64,000 nt of DNA from Candidatus Moanibacter sp. (GTDB lineage Bacteria; Verrucomicrobiota; Verrucomicrobiia; Opitutales; UBA2987): assembly GCA_965215885.1 (NCBI GenBank), contig CBDCEW010000095.1, positions 32,001 to 96,000 of the forward strand. Direction: 5' to 3'. Shown piece after piece: positions 11,460 through 22,521 of this stretch. The notes under the pieces are model-generated. The model worked only from the letters and a program-made list of their open reading frames with translations, was not told where the DNA came from and searched no databases. Position numbers and translations under genes: made by a program. Position 1 is the first letter of the stretch. Each line of letters begins with the position of its first letter.

Positions 11460-12728
11460 ATGTCCAAGCATCGTTTCAAAATCTCTCCTTTCACGAATCC
11501 CTCCGGCGGCAAAGCTTACCGCGTGTCGGGCACGCTGGATGGCAAGAGCATCCGCAAGAATTTCAAGACGCGATCCGATGCGGTCGCGTATCGTCAGGAG
11601 CTGGAAATTCAGTTCCTCCAAGGAGAGTCCGAAGGACAGACCGTCTGGACCACCCTGACGCATGATCAAAATCGCGACGCGATTGCGGCGGTCAATCTGC
11701 TGAAAGAGTCGAACTCGAGGAAGTCGTTGACCTTCGCCGTCAAATACTTCCTCGACCATTACAAGGAAGCTGCCGAAACGATGGCGGTTGAAGCTGCCGT
11801 GGAGGAATATACCGATGAGAGGTCCCGGGAGTTTGAGCGCGGGATCATTTCCCGTCGCCAGGAGCGGGCCATCAGCATCGAGATGGACAACCTCAAGGAT
11901 TACTTCGCGGGACGGATTGTCGGGGAAATCCGTGGCGATGAACTACGGGAATACCTGGACAAAACGCGGGGCCGGTCGAAGGCGGTGCCATCCCTGAAGA
12001 CCTGGAACAACCGGCGCGGTTACCTGAGCACCTTCTTCAAATACTGCCTCGCCAAGAAATACGTCGCCGAGAATCCGATCCTCGATGTGCCTCAATTCAA
12101 GGTGAAGAAAGCCCGCGGAACGGCGGCGACGCTGTCCGCTGCGGAAGCGAAGGAATTCATGTACTGGCTGGAGACCTATCGCGGGAAGCAGAACAAGGAC
12201 GGCTCGTGGTGGGGCCGACCGGGCTGCATGGTGCCCTACTTCGCACTCACGCTGTTCGCCGGCATCCGGCCCGACTTCAAAGACGGCGAGATCGGGAAGC
12301 TGCGCCCGCAGGACATCCGCTTCGATACCGACGTGATCCTGATCGAACCAGAAATTTCCAAAGTCAACGAGAAGCGCACGATCAAGCTCCAGCCGAATCT
12401 CCGCCGCTGGCTGGAGAAATACCCGATCAGGGATTATCCGATCATTCCGCGCCGCATGCGCGACCTCTGGGTCGATGTCCGCAAGGGGCGTAACCTCCCG
12501 TATGACGTAATGCGGCACACTTTCATTTCGATGACGGTCGGGGCCTTCCGGTCGGTCGGTGACACGGCCCTGCAGGCGGGCAACTCGGAAGCTGTAAGCC
12601 GCAAGCACTACCTCGACCTCAAGAGTGTCGAGGAAGCAGACGAGTTCTGGAAGATCGTCCCGAAGGGCGAGGAACTGCCGCCGATGGAGAAGAAGGACGG
12701 GCGATACCTGCTGCCCAAGAATCTTTGA
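11460..12728 (+). CDS. Tyrosine integrase
   Basis: FAGIRP (R), KVNEKR, MRHTFIS (RH), GNS and HY catalytic motifs; adjacent to attL. Start moved to 11460, outside the tmRNA. Confidence 0.9.
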   Translation: MSKHRFKISPFTNPSGGKAYRVSGTLDGKSIRKNFKTRSDAVAYRQELEIQFLQGESEGQTVWTTLTHDQNRDAIAAVNLLKESNSRKSLTFAVKYFLDHYKEAAETMAVEAAVEEYTDERSREFERGIISRRQERAISIEMDNLKDYFAGRIVGEIRGDELREYLDKTRGRSKAVPSLKTWNNRRGYLSTFFKYCLAKKYVAENPILDVPQFKVKKARGTAATLSAAEAKEFMYWLETYRGKQNKDGSWWGRPGCMVPYFALTLFAGIRPDFKDGEIGKLRPQDIRFDTDVILIEPEISKVNEKRTIKLQPNLRRWLEKYPIRDYPIIPRRMRDLWVDVRKGRNLPYDVMRHTFISMTVGAFRSVGDTALQAGNSEAVSRKHYLDLKSVEEADEFWKIVPKGEELPPMEKKDGRYLLPKNL

Positions 12729-12931
12729 TTCGGTGGTCGAGGGGGCCCGGAACTCTGAGATTTTTGAGACAAATATTATTATAAAATTGTCCTAAAAATA
12801 GGGAATTATATACTTAAGTAACCACGGCGGGGCGGGTTAAATATTGAGAATTATATCGTTGACTCCACACTCATGATTGACGCCAAATTGACAACGGTCT
12901 AGGTTGCTGCCTCGAAAAGGATGCCGAAGAC

Positions 12932-14476
12932 ATGAAGCCGAACTGGAAAAACCGGACTCTGTTCCACGGCGATAATCTTGATTTCATGCGGGCGATGAAC
13001 AGCGGGTCCGTCGACCTCATAGCCACGGGACCCGCCATTCAACAAGGGGCGAGACTTCCACGCCACTCCGGATAGCCTCGCCGCTGGTGCGAAGTTCCAC
13101 GCCCGATGGTCATGGGAACAGGATGTGCATCAGGATTGGATCGACCAGATAACGGACGACCATCCAAACGTGATGAACGTCGTGCAGGGTTCGCGTTCAA
13201 GCTACGGCGACGACATGGCCGCGTTCCTTTGCTTCATGGCTGTTCGTCTGTTGGCTATGCATAGGGTATTGAAGTCCACGGGAAGCATCTATCTGCATTG
13301 CGACCCGACCGCTTCCCATTATTTGAAGGGACTGATGGATGCCATTTTCGGAAGGAGGAATTTTCGGAACGAGGTGATCTGGAAACGGACTTCCAGCCAC
13401 AATCGAGCAAAGCGGTGGGGACCAATTCACGGCATTTTGTTGTTTTATTCCAAGGGGCGGAAACTCACATGGAATCGCGTCCTGCAACCGCTGGAGAGCG
13501 ACTACGTGGAGTCGTTCTACCGATATACGGATGATAGGGGACGCTACGGGGTCGACAATCTTCTTGGTCCGGGACCACGGACGGGGGATACCGGAATGCC
13601 GTGGCGAGGGACCGACCCGATGGAAAAGGGAAGGCATTGGGAAGTTCCACCGGACAGGGCGATGCCTGACTGGTTCGTTTTCCCGGAGAATTACGCCGAG
13701 CTTAGCGCGAGGAAGAGGCTGGACTTGCTCGACGAACAAGGGCTGATCTACTGGCCGAGAAAGGAAGGCGGAGTCCCGCGATACAAAAGGTATTTCGGCA
13801 GCCACAGCGGCTCGCCCGTTCAGGATATGATTCTCGACATAAAGCCTCTCTCCAAAGGGTCCACGGAGAGAATAGGCTATCCCACTCAAAAGCCTCTGGC
13901 ACTGTATGAAAGGATAATCAAGACCACGTCTAATTCCGGAGACATGGTTCTCGACCCTTTCGCGGGATGCGCCACTACATGCGTCGCCGCCCAGCGTTTA
14001 GGACGCCAATGGGTAGGCATCGACATCTGGGACAAGGCGCATGAAACGGTCATTGACGATTGCAGAAGGAAGGTTTCGCTGGGCCGGACGGAAGCATAGG
14101 AGAGGCGTTGCCTCTATACGGCAAAATCCACTACTCGACCGAACCTCCCGAGCGCACAGACAACGGGGACACGGCGGCACCTTTCCTTCGGGTCAAGGTA
14201 CGTATCAAGGAGCCCGAAGACAAGAAGATGAGTCGGAAGGAGATGTACGAGCATCTGTTGGACCAGCACGGCATGAGGTGCCAAGGCTGCTATAGGACTT
14301 TCGACGACCCGCGCTATCTTAAACTCGACCACAACACGCCGCGTTCCGACGGCGGCATCAACCACATCACCAACAGGATTTTGTTGTGCGGCCCATGCAA
14401 TCTCGCCAAGAGCAATATCTACACTCTGAGCGGATTGCGGAAATTGAATGAAAAGAACGGGTGGATAGCGAAGTGA
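12932..14476 (+). pseudogene. N6/N4 DNA methyltransferase-HNH endonuclease fusion with two frameshifts
   Basis: GDNL..VDLIAT/DPPF broken by an extra G at ~13027; YPTQKP and DPFAGCATT motifs; second shift at ~14058 into CQGC..LDHNTPRSDGG..N..LCGPCN (HNH). Confidence 0.8.
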
Positions 14477-14619
14477 TGTGGAATCAACGATATGAGACAC
14501 TACCGAGTTTCCACAGGTATGAACTCGCTAAGTTGCTTGTTTGCCAAATTGCCAGAAGAGTAATGACATCCTGAATCAAGACCGGAGTATTGGACCTTGA
14601 CAAAGGTTAATTTTGCTCT

Positions 14620-14889
14620 TTAGCTTCTTTAGTGGTGTGATGGCCTCTGGCTTTGCGTTTGGTTGCGCTAAAGACACTGTTGAGTTCTTCAATGCAGGTA
14701 TTGGTGAAGTGCGATTCCCAGTGGGCGAGGGTTTCCTCTTGGTGATTTTCGATTATGTTGGCCCATGGGTTTAAGGAAGCCTCGCCATGATGCTTACACA
14801 TTGCGGTAATAACGTTCGAAATAGGTACTCAGGTTGCGTCTTCTCAGTAAAGGATATTGTGCCAGTACCACTGAAAACGTCGAGGAACC
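14620..14889 (-). mobile_element. Truncated copy of the ISL3-derived MITE
   Basis: Near-identical inverted copy of ~27966-28235, retaining only one TIR. Confidence 0.85.
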
Positions 14890-15079
14890 GAAATCGAACT
14901 CGGCCAGATAACGGTGCAGGTGCTTCTCCGAGCAATGCTGATAGACATCCAAATTGAGGGTTGAAATATGGTCACTCAAGTATATAAGTCCCTTTTTTTA
15001 CAAGCACGGAGGGGTCGTTGAGTATGCAGCCACACGAACAGGATGACACGGGGGTTGATCTCGGAAGCAATGAGCTCTT

Positions 15080-18000
15080 ATGACTTATTCGCACGTGAGG
15101 TATGCCGAAACTGGATTGGTTAAGGAGATGCGTGACGACGTACGTGTCGTATATGGACCGAGCGTAAATCCGCCAGAGTCCCGCGCGCTGCACACCCTAG
15201 CAGCTACATTCCTCCTGGCTTTCGCCATGCTGTTTGCCGCGGCCCTCCCCGCGCAAGCCCAGACCACGATCTGGTCGGCCACGCTGGATCCGCTAGTCAC
15301 ATTCTCAGGGACCCCCGTACCGCTGGGCTGCGACAACACTTCGGGTGCCACCTTGCAATGTTCCAATTCGGACAGGCTGAGCGACGACGACTTCACCGAT
15401 GACGGTATGACCTACGCGGTCACTAAATTTTTCACTAAGAACGGAGTCTTGACATTTAGGCTCGATACGGGTGCCACAGCCGCCACACAGGGTCTGACAC
15501 TGGTGATTGACAGCGAGGAATTCGTCCTTAAGGAGGCCGACCGGATCAACGGCGCCAAGACTCAATGGAAGTGGAATAACACCACCCTGAGTTGGACTGC
15601 GGGGACCGACGTCGCCGTGTCGCTCGTTGTGACCGACGCTCCCGCCACCGGCCAGCCGACGATTTCCGGTGGGGGGCAGGTGGGCAAGACGCTGACGGCG
15701 GCGACGGACGACATCGAGGACCTGGATGGGCTGCCGACGACCCCCACGTTCACCTACCAGTGGGTGCGGGTGGACGGCCTCACCGACACCGACATCCCAG
15801 GGGCGACCTCCGAAACCTACACGCTGACCGCGTCCGACCTGGGCAAGCAGATCAAGGTGAAGGTGAGCGTCACCGACTCCCGGGGCCACGCCGAGGGCCC
15901 GCTCACGAGCGGCGCGTATCCCTCGAACGGGACAGTGACAGTGGTGGTGTTGCCGGGCCCCTGTCCCGCGGTCAACGACTGGTGCGCGACGATGACGGTG
16001 GCAGACGCCGAAGGCGACGGCCGTTTGCTCGGGTATGAGTATGACAAGTTCGGCTCGCTCGACGACGACCAGATCGAATACGGCGACGAAGAATTCAACG
16101 TCTGGACGGTGCACACCTATAAGGAACTGTCCCGTGCTTACTTTTACTTCGGCTCCATACCGCGGGTGCCGCGCGGCACGGTGGTCACCGTTGGCGAGCA
16201 CACGTTTACAACGGACATGGAGTCGGATGACGGCAGCACGGGCGATTTATGGCACTATCCCGCCGGCGAGTTGCCCCCCGGCCTGGTCTGGTTGGACGGC
16301 CAGGAAGTCAGGGTCAGTCTCGTGTTGGGGAGCTCGCCACCTAGACTCTCGATCGCGGACGCCAGCGCCGCCGAGAACGACGGCCACCTCCTGTTCGATG
16401 TCACGCTCTCACCAGCTTCGCCGCACACGGTGAAGGTCGACTTCGAGACTACTTCGGGAGGCACCGCCACCGAAGGCGTCGACTACTGGCCGCACGTCTA
16501 CACCCACGTCATTCAGGCGGGAGAGACGACCGTGCAGATGGGCTTCGCGCTCATTGAGGACACGGTCACCGACGCCGGGGAGACGGTGATGGTAAGGCTC
16601 AGCAACGCGCGCCTGATCAATAAGCGCGGCAAAAAGAAAGCGGACCTCGACATCACGATCGACGAGGCGACGGGAACGATCGACGCGCCGTCGATCTCCA
16701 CGACCAACGTGCCGGGTCTGACCATTGGGATCGAAGACGCGACCGGGGACGAGGACGACGGGTGGCTCGATTTCAGAGTCAGGCTCTCGCGGAAGCATGA
16801 CGACTATGTGTGTTACGACTTCGAGACCATCTCGGGCGGCACCGCCACGGAAGGAACGGACTACCTCAAGTTCCCGAAAGCCATGTACTGGATGCAGATC
16901 GGAAAACGGGTGGACAAGCCCTTCGTCCGCATCATCGACGATAGGGTGAACGACAACGGCGAGACCGTGAAGGTCAAGATCAGCAATGCACGGCTGTGCA
17001 ATGACGCATCCCAGACGCTTTCCATCACGAGAGCCGAGGCGACCGGAACGATCAGGAACAGCGACCCGCTGCCGCAGGCGACCCCCTCCAACCGGGCCGA
17101 AGCTACCCTGGGGGTGGGGGCCCTGGACTTTGCGTATTTCGCCAATGGGGAGGGCATCATCTCCGATCTGGTGCTCAATTCCAGCTTGAATGCTACAACG
17201 ATCAAGGTGACGATCGAAAACCTTGCTCCCGAGGCAGGCACGCACTTGACACCGGTATGGATCGGGTTTCACGACGGGAGTTTCGATCTGTTTGATGAAG
17301 GAGAAACCGTTTCGGAAGCCCTCGAATCGCTCGCCGAGGACGGAGACACGAGTTCGGTAAGTGCCGATTTTGGAATGAGCGCAGGCGGCGTGCGCGATGC
17401 GACGATCACCGGCCCGGGATCTCCTCCCGTCTTTTTCCCGGGTAACTCGAATTCGACTGTCTTCACCCTGGACGCGGGTTCGCCGCTGAGCCGTTACCTC
17501 AGTTTCGCTTCCATGATAATTCCGAGTAACGATGCCTTTGTCGCCAATGATGATCCCCTCGTCTTTGAGATATTCGACGAGGAGGGAAACTTCATCGAAA
17601 CGGAAATTCTCATAATGGGCAGTCTGGTTTGGGATGCCGGCAGCGAGGTCAATGACGAGGTGCCTGCAAACGTGGCATTTCTCGAGCAGGCGGCGCCGAA
17701 CACCGGTGAGAGTGAAGACGGAAACGTCCAGTTCCATGAGGGGTTCAGCGAGGAAGGGGCGATCTTAGGTGCTTTTCCGAATGCCGACTTTACGATGGAA
17801 GATTACGAGATAGTCCGAATAACAATCACCGAAAAACCTGCCACTCCCGTCGAAGTTCTTGTGACAATTAGTAATCTGGCACCGGCGGAAGGGACTCATC
17901 TTGCGCCGTTCTGGGTGGGATTTCATGATGGCAGCTTCAATCTCTTCGATGAGGGTGCCGCAGCCTCTCCCGGTCTGGAATCAACAGCTGAGGACGGCGC

Positions 18001-19357
18001 CACCGCTTTGCTTTCGGCCGAATTTTCCAACGCTGCGTTGGGCTTTGAAGACGCCACCATCACTGGTCCGGGTCCGCCCCCTGTGTTCTTTTCCGGTAAC
18101 ACCAGTGCGTTCAAGTTCAGCCTGGATAGCAGTTCACCGCTTAATCGCTATTTCAGTTTCGCGTCTATGATTATTCCGAGTAACGATGCGTTCATAGGTA
18201 ACGGGGATCCCATGGCCTATGAGGTTTTTGACGAATCAGGGAATTTCGTCATGACGGAGATCATAATCCTCGGAACACAGGTTTGGGATGCCGGTACGGA
18301 AGTGAACGACGAGGTGCCGGCAAACGTGGCGTTTCTCGAGCAGGCGGCGCCGAATACGGGCCCAGACGAAAATGGAACGGTGCAATTCCATAGTGGGTTC
18401 GCGTCGGGGGGCGCGATATTAACGGCTTTTCCGAATGCCGACTTTACAGCCGGTGGATATCAGGTGGCCCGCATTTCCCTTTCGTCGAGTCTGCTCCTGG
18501 AGGGCTCCGCCCTGTTTGTAAACGACGGCACTTCGTTTCAAGGAAATATCTATGACGGATTCGAATTAAACGGGGCGGAAGCGACGTTCTCATCCTTTCC
18601 CGGCGAGATTACTCGAGTCGCTTTCCTCGATCCGGACGGTGATCTCGTATTCGTGGAATTCGGGAGCGACGATCCGAATACGACCCTAACGATCAGCCTA
18701 CAGGACTTCGCCGCGAGTGTACCATCTCCTTATAACCAAACCGGGAAGACCTATGTGCAGGGTCTGGCGACGATAACCATCGCAAATTCCACAGCGGGAA
18801 CCTATTTATCGGTGTTTACTTTAGGCAATGATCCCGATCGCGTCGACACGGCCATAATCAGTGGCAGCACTTTTTCGGGTAATGTCGATGGAATTGCCGA
18901 CATTAAATCAATCTCGGTGGAATCGCCCGATGGGCAAGTAACGATGATCGGCGGCATAAACGCAGCCAATGCAAATTTCGTGGGATTGCCGGGGGTGTTG
19001 CAATTCATCGGCATAAATGCACCCGACGTCATCGTTGCGAATTTTCTGCTTATTGGTGACCTCACTCCTGTCGGGCGGGCTGCCCCGAGAATCATAATAG
19101 ATCCATCATCGACCATTCAGGAGATTTCCGTTACCGGAGGAGACTTGCGTGAAGCGGTAGGGTCACTTCGGGTCGACACGGATGATGGCGTCTATCCTTT
19201 CAGTTTTACCGCTTCATCCGGTCAGCGATCAATCAGCGACTCCTCCCTTCGACCGGACCTCGGTGACGGTAGGCTCGATGCCGCCACGGACACATTCGCG
19301 AGCGATGTGGATAGCTATTTCCTCACCGGTGGTCAATCGAGCGGCGTAGGGCAATAA
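15080..19357 (+). CDS. Large secreted protein: Calx-beta x2, Spondin_N x2, shared C-terminal domain
   Basis: Signal-like segment ..ALPAQAQ; LSIADASAAE/GTATEGVDY Calx-beta motifs; two TPVWIGFHDG..SMIIPSNDAF..WDAGSEVNDE repeats. True start may be slightly downstream. Confidence 0.8.
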   Translation: MTYSHVRYAETGLVKEMRDDVRVVYGPSVNPPESRALHTLAATFLLAFAMLFAAALPAQAQTTIWSATLDPLVTFSGTPVPLGCDNTSGATLQCSNSDRLSDDDFTDDGMTYAVTKFFTKNGVLTFRLDTGATAATQGLTLVIDSEEFVLKEADRINGAKTQWKWNNTTLSWTAGTDVAVSLVVTDAPATGQPTISGGGQVGKTLTAATDDIEDLDGLPTTPTFTYQWVRVDGLTDTDIPGATSETYTLTASDLGKQIKVKVSVTDSRGHAEGPLTSGAYPSNGTVTVVVLPGPCPAVNDWCATMTVADAEGDGRLLGYEYDKFGSLDDDQIEYGDEEFNVWTVHTYKELSRAYFYFGSIPRVPRGTVVTVGEHTFTTDMESDDGSTGDLWHYPAGELPPGLVWLDGQEVRVSLVLGSSPPRLSIADASAAENDGHLLFDVTLSPASPHTVKVDFETTSGGTATEGVDYWPHVYTHVIQAGETTVQMGFALIEDTVTDAGETVMVRLSNARLINKRGKKKADLDITIDEATGTIDAPSISTTNVPGLTIGIEDATGDEDDGWLDFRVRLSRKHDDYVCYDFETISGGTATEGTDYLKFPKAMYWMQIGKRVDKPFVRIIDDRVNDNGETVKVKISNARLCNDASQTLSITRAEATGTIRNSDPLPQATPSNRAEATLGVGALDFAYFANGEGIISDLVLNSSLNATTIKVTIENLAPEAGTHLTPVWIGFHDGSFDLFDEGETVSEALESLAEDGDTSSVSADFGMSAGGVRDATITGPGSPPVFFPGNSNSTVFTLDAGSPLSRYLSFASMIIPSNDAFVANDDPLVFEIFDEEGNFIETEILIMGSLVWDAGSEVNDEVPANVAFLEQAAPNTGESEDGNVQFHEGFSEEGAILGAFPNADFTMEDYEIVRITITEKPATPVEVLVTISNLAPAEGTHLAPFWVGFHDGSFNLFDEGAAASPGLESTAEDGATALLSAEFSNAALGFEDATITGPGPPPVFFSGNTSAFKFSLDSSSPLNRYFSFASMIIPSNDAFIGNGDPMAYEVFDESGNFVMTEIIILGTQVWDAGTEVNDEVPANVAFLEQAAPNTGPDENGTVQFHSGFASGGAILTAFPNADFTAGGYQVARISLSSSLLLEGSALFVNDGTSFQGNIYDGFELNGAEATFSSFPGEITRVAFLDPDGDLVFVEFGSDDPNTTLTISLQDFAASVPSPYNQTGKTYVQGLATITIANSTAGTYLSVFTLGNDPDRVDTAIISGSTFSGNVDGIADIKSISVESPDGQVTMIGGINAANANFVGLPGVLQFIGINAPDVIVANFLLIGDLTPVGRAAPRIIIDPSSTIQEISVTGGDLREAVGSLRVDTDDGVYPFSFTASSGQRSISDSSLRPDLGDGRLDAATDTFASDVDSYFLTGGQSSGVGQ

Positions 19358-19379
19358 AGAGCGGATATTCAAGAGATAT

Positions 19380-19637
19380 AGCCCAATTGACTGAAAGCAT
19401 ACCACGTCAACTCAAAAAGGGAAAGAAATGACCAAAAAATCTGATCCACCGAAGGTCGATTCGCCTGAGAAAGCCAAAGTTGGCCGGAAGCCACGGCCTA
19501 TGCCAAAACTCTATACCGGATTCTCCCGATAATATAGCTCGGGCGATCCTAAGCAGGCCGGCAAAGAAACCAACCGAGTGGCAATTCTTGCGGCGGGGTA
19601 AATGACCCCGCCTTGGTTACTTCTGTATATAATTCCC
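19380..19637. mobile_element. IS1595-type right-end remnant
   Basis: 19615-19637 is the reverse complement of the 12801 IR with 2 mismatches. Confidence 0.5.
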
Positions 19638-19930
19638 ATGTTTTATATATCAACTCTTCCGGATCCAATGGAAGCAGCAGATCTTAAACAGCTAAAACGG
19701 AGGACCTTGCATCAACTTCCCCACCAAGTCTTCCACGCTTCGATCGTTTGCACGGCTGCCAGAGTAAGAACCACTCGGGGCCGTTGAGTGGCCTTTGAGG
19801 GCCGATTCTTGTCCTCGGAACGCAGCGATGCTCGTTCGCTAGCTTTTTCAGGCTTGGCAAGAGCATAATGATGGTTCATCGTCGCCAAGCGAAAGCAGAG
19901 TCGTCGCATCGAACTCGGAGAGGTTACACA

Positions 19931-21199
19931 ATGCCCGATAAACCGAAGAGCCATCTGACCTTGTACATCGCCGTTGCGATTGTCATGGCCATCCTCCTGG
20001 CTGTTTTTGCTCCAGGATTTGCAATGCAGTTCGAGCTTGGGGGTAAAATATTCCTCAACGTGCTCACGATGATGGTCGTTCCGCTGGTGATGGCCAGCGT
20101 GATGAGCGGCATCATTGGACTCGGCGACATTCGAAAACTGGGCCGCCCCGGCGGTTTTGCGGTGACCTACTACCTGATGACAACCGTCCTGGCTGTGCTC
20201 GTGGGTCTGCTCATGGTGAATTTGATTCAACCTGGTGTCGGTGTCGACCAGACGACCCTGGACGCGAGCCTCGCGGAGGGTCAGGTGAGCACTGCTGGCC
20301 GGGAAGATGCGGACCTGGGAACAATCCTTCGGGGCTTGGTCCTGATGCTCTTTACCGACAACCTGATCGAGTCGGCAGCCAAGACCAGCCTGCTACCGCT
20401 GATTTTCTTCTCGATCATCTTTGCCGGAATGCTCACGACAATGGGCACCCGAGTCCAGGCGCTTACCGAGATAATCGTCCAAGTCAACGAAGCGCTCTTG
20501 TCGTTCATCCTGTTGCTGATGAAACTGGCCCCGTTCGGAATCTTCTGCCTGGTGACTGCCCGCTTTGGTGAAGCTCAGGCTGGGGGAAATCTGGGAGCGG
20601 TTCTTCAACAGACTGGAGCGTACTTTGGAACGGTCCTTGCCGGGCTGGGGGTCCATGCATTTTTAACGCTTCCCTTGATCCTGTGGATCTTCACCCGAAG
20701 AAACCCGGTCCGTTTCATGTACCAGATGTCCCAGGCTCTACTGACGGCCTTTTCAACTGCGAGTTCAACGGCAACGCTGCCGATCACGATGAATTGTGCC
20801 GTCGAAAAGGCCAAGGTATCGAAACAATCCTCCGATTTCGTTCTTCCCTTGGGCGCCACGATCAATATGGATGGCACCGCCCTCTATGAGGCCGCGGCTG
20901 CCATATTCATCGCACAGGCGATTGGGTTTGAGCTCACGATCACCTCGCAGCTTGTGATTGCCGTCACTGCTACCATGGCGGCTATCGGAGCCGCGGGCAT
21001 TCCCGAAGCCGGGCTGGTCACGATGGTGATCGTGTTGAACGCGGTCGGATTACCTATCGAATATATCGGGCTGATCCTGTCGGTCGACTGGCTACTAGAT
21101 CGTTTCAGGACGGCGGTGAACGTCTTTGGCGATTCGATTGGTTCCGCAGTGGTCGAGAAGAGCTTCAAACGGCAGGCGGAAGCCTTGGGCGATCGATAG
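19931..21199 (+). CDS. Dicarboxylate/amino acid:cation symporter (DAACS)
   Basis: AFSTASSTATLP, PLGATINMDGTALY and DRFRTAVNVFGD motifs. Confidence 0.95.
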   Translation: MPDKPKSHLTLYIAVAIVMAILLAVFAPGFAMQFELGGKIFLNVLTMMVVPLVMASVMSGIIGLGDIRKLGRPGGFAVTYYLMTTVLAVLVGLLMVNLIQPGVGVDQTTLDASLAEGQVSTAGREDADLGTILRGLVLMLFTDNLIESAAKTSLLPLIFFSIIFAGMLTTMGTRVQALTEIIVQVNEALLSFILLLMKLAPFGIFCLVTARFGEAQAGGNLGAVLQQTGAYFGTVLAGLGVHAFLTLPLILWIFTRRNPVRFMYQMSQALLTAFSTASSTATLPITMNCAVEKAKVSKQSSDFVLPLGATINMDGTALYEAAAAIFIAQAIGFELTITSQLVIAVTATMAAIGAAGIPEAGLVTMVIVLNAVGLPIEYIGLILSVDWLLDRFRTAVNVFGDSIGSAVVEKSFKRQAEALGDR

Positions 21200-21470
21200 G
21201 AGGGGAGGGCACTGTCAGAGGAAATTAGCAGGTCTGAGTTCGCCGCAGATTCGTCCATCTCAGCAAGGAGAAACCATGGGTAAAGACAAACTAGAAGACG
21301 CCGCAAAGAAAAGGGTGAGAGAAGAGCCCGAAACTGAGCTGCTCAAGCGCAGCGATGCGCCGGGGCAGAAACCGGAGAAGCCGGAGAATCCGGGGGGATT
21401 CAGGGACCTGTTCGAGGATATGTGGGGGGGACTTTGAGAACCCCCAGGATTCAAAAAAAAGGAAAATGCG

Positions 21471-21779
21471 ATGAGTTCGGTAGTTTGGGACAAAGACAAC
21501 CTGATCCAAAAAGTTGGAGGTAATGTCGAAGAACTGGGCCATGTGAAGTACGACCAGCACTCGAACGAGTACGTCCTTTGGCTTAAGGACACACGCGGCG
21601 TGTTCGGCACCAAAAAAAGATACATACGAGGCGATTCCTTCCCGTCGATGAAGGATGCCAAGCAGAACGCCGCTGGCTCCAAGTCCGCTTTTCTTTTGCA
21701 CTACATGTGGATGGTCGGCCTGCGCGACGACAGCAATAAAACCGACAAAGATGTTACCCAGGGCATAGAAGATGACTGA
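21471..21779 (+). CDS. Hypothetical protein
   Basis: Open 102-aa frame with an AAGGA RBS-like sequence upstream; no motif recognised. Confidence 0.4.
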   Translation: MSSVVWDKDNLIQKVGGNVEELGHVKYDQHSNEYVLWLKDTRGVFGTKKRYIRGDSFPSMKDAKQNAAGSKSAFLLHYMWMVGLRDDSNKTDKDVTQGIEDD

Positions 21780-22029
21780 AAGAAATAAGCCGCTGAAGGA
21801 GTCAACGTTCAAGGAAGAAATGGACAAGCAAGCAAGAAAATCCGTAAAGCGAGATATTTGTTTTTTCCTCGTCGGATTGGTCAGGACTTGGCATCGGATT
21901 GGTCGGAATTTTTGTATAATTTGGGCGTCCACGTCCAAAGGTATTGCTAATCGAGTCTCTCCAGCAATACCGTTTCGCAACGCCCAAGCCCTTGAAAAGT
22001 CGTCAGGCGACGGATCGTTGCAGAATCGC

Positions 22030-22521
22030 TCATTTGTAGCTGATCGCACCGAGTTCTGGTGGGACCCCAAGCACCCCGACGAGCGCTCACTGTGGATGAG
22101 CAAGATCCGCCTCGGCGAAGACTTCTTCAACGAGATCATCAGCTGTCCCGTCGCCGCTGGACATGAACATCCTGAAGGCCCTCAAGCGGTCCTCGCTGGG
22201 CCTGGACTGGTACCTGTGGCCACCTACCGCACCTTTGCCCTCCGTGCTCCACTACGGCTCTCCTGGCGGTCGCTCTACCGGCAGTTCGGCGCGAACCCGG
22301 CCAGAGCGGGCGACAAGAACACAGTGAACCGCTTCCGCACGGAATGCTTGCGGGAGCTCAAGAAGATCAAGGTGTCCTGGCCGGAGCTGCACTACTCGAC
22401 GGCCAGGGGCGTCTTGATCCTGCATCCATCAACACCGGCCATCCCCCCGCCACCCGAGCCGACACGCCGTTTTTTCAGCAATCCCCACGAAGCCGGTCAA
22501 TCAGATCGCTTTCGGGCTTGA
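22030..22521 (+). pseudogene. Plasmid RepA (RepA_C-like) C-terminal remnant
   Basis: ADRTEFWWDPK..SLW.SKIRLGEDFFNEII..PV and LRELKKIKVSWPELHYST..GVLILHPS; N-terminus absent. Confidence 0.65.

Larger units (their letters stand above)
12801..14992. mobile_element. IS1595-family-derived element carrying a passenger gene
   Basis: 23-bp terminal IRs: GGGAATTATATACTTAAGTAACC versus the reverse complement of 14970-14992 (3 mismatches). Transposase scrap VYQHCSEKHLHRYLAEFDF at ~14890-14947. Confidence 0.65.
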
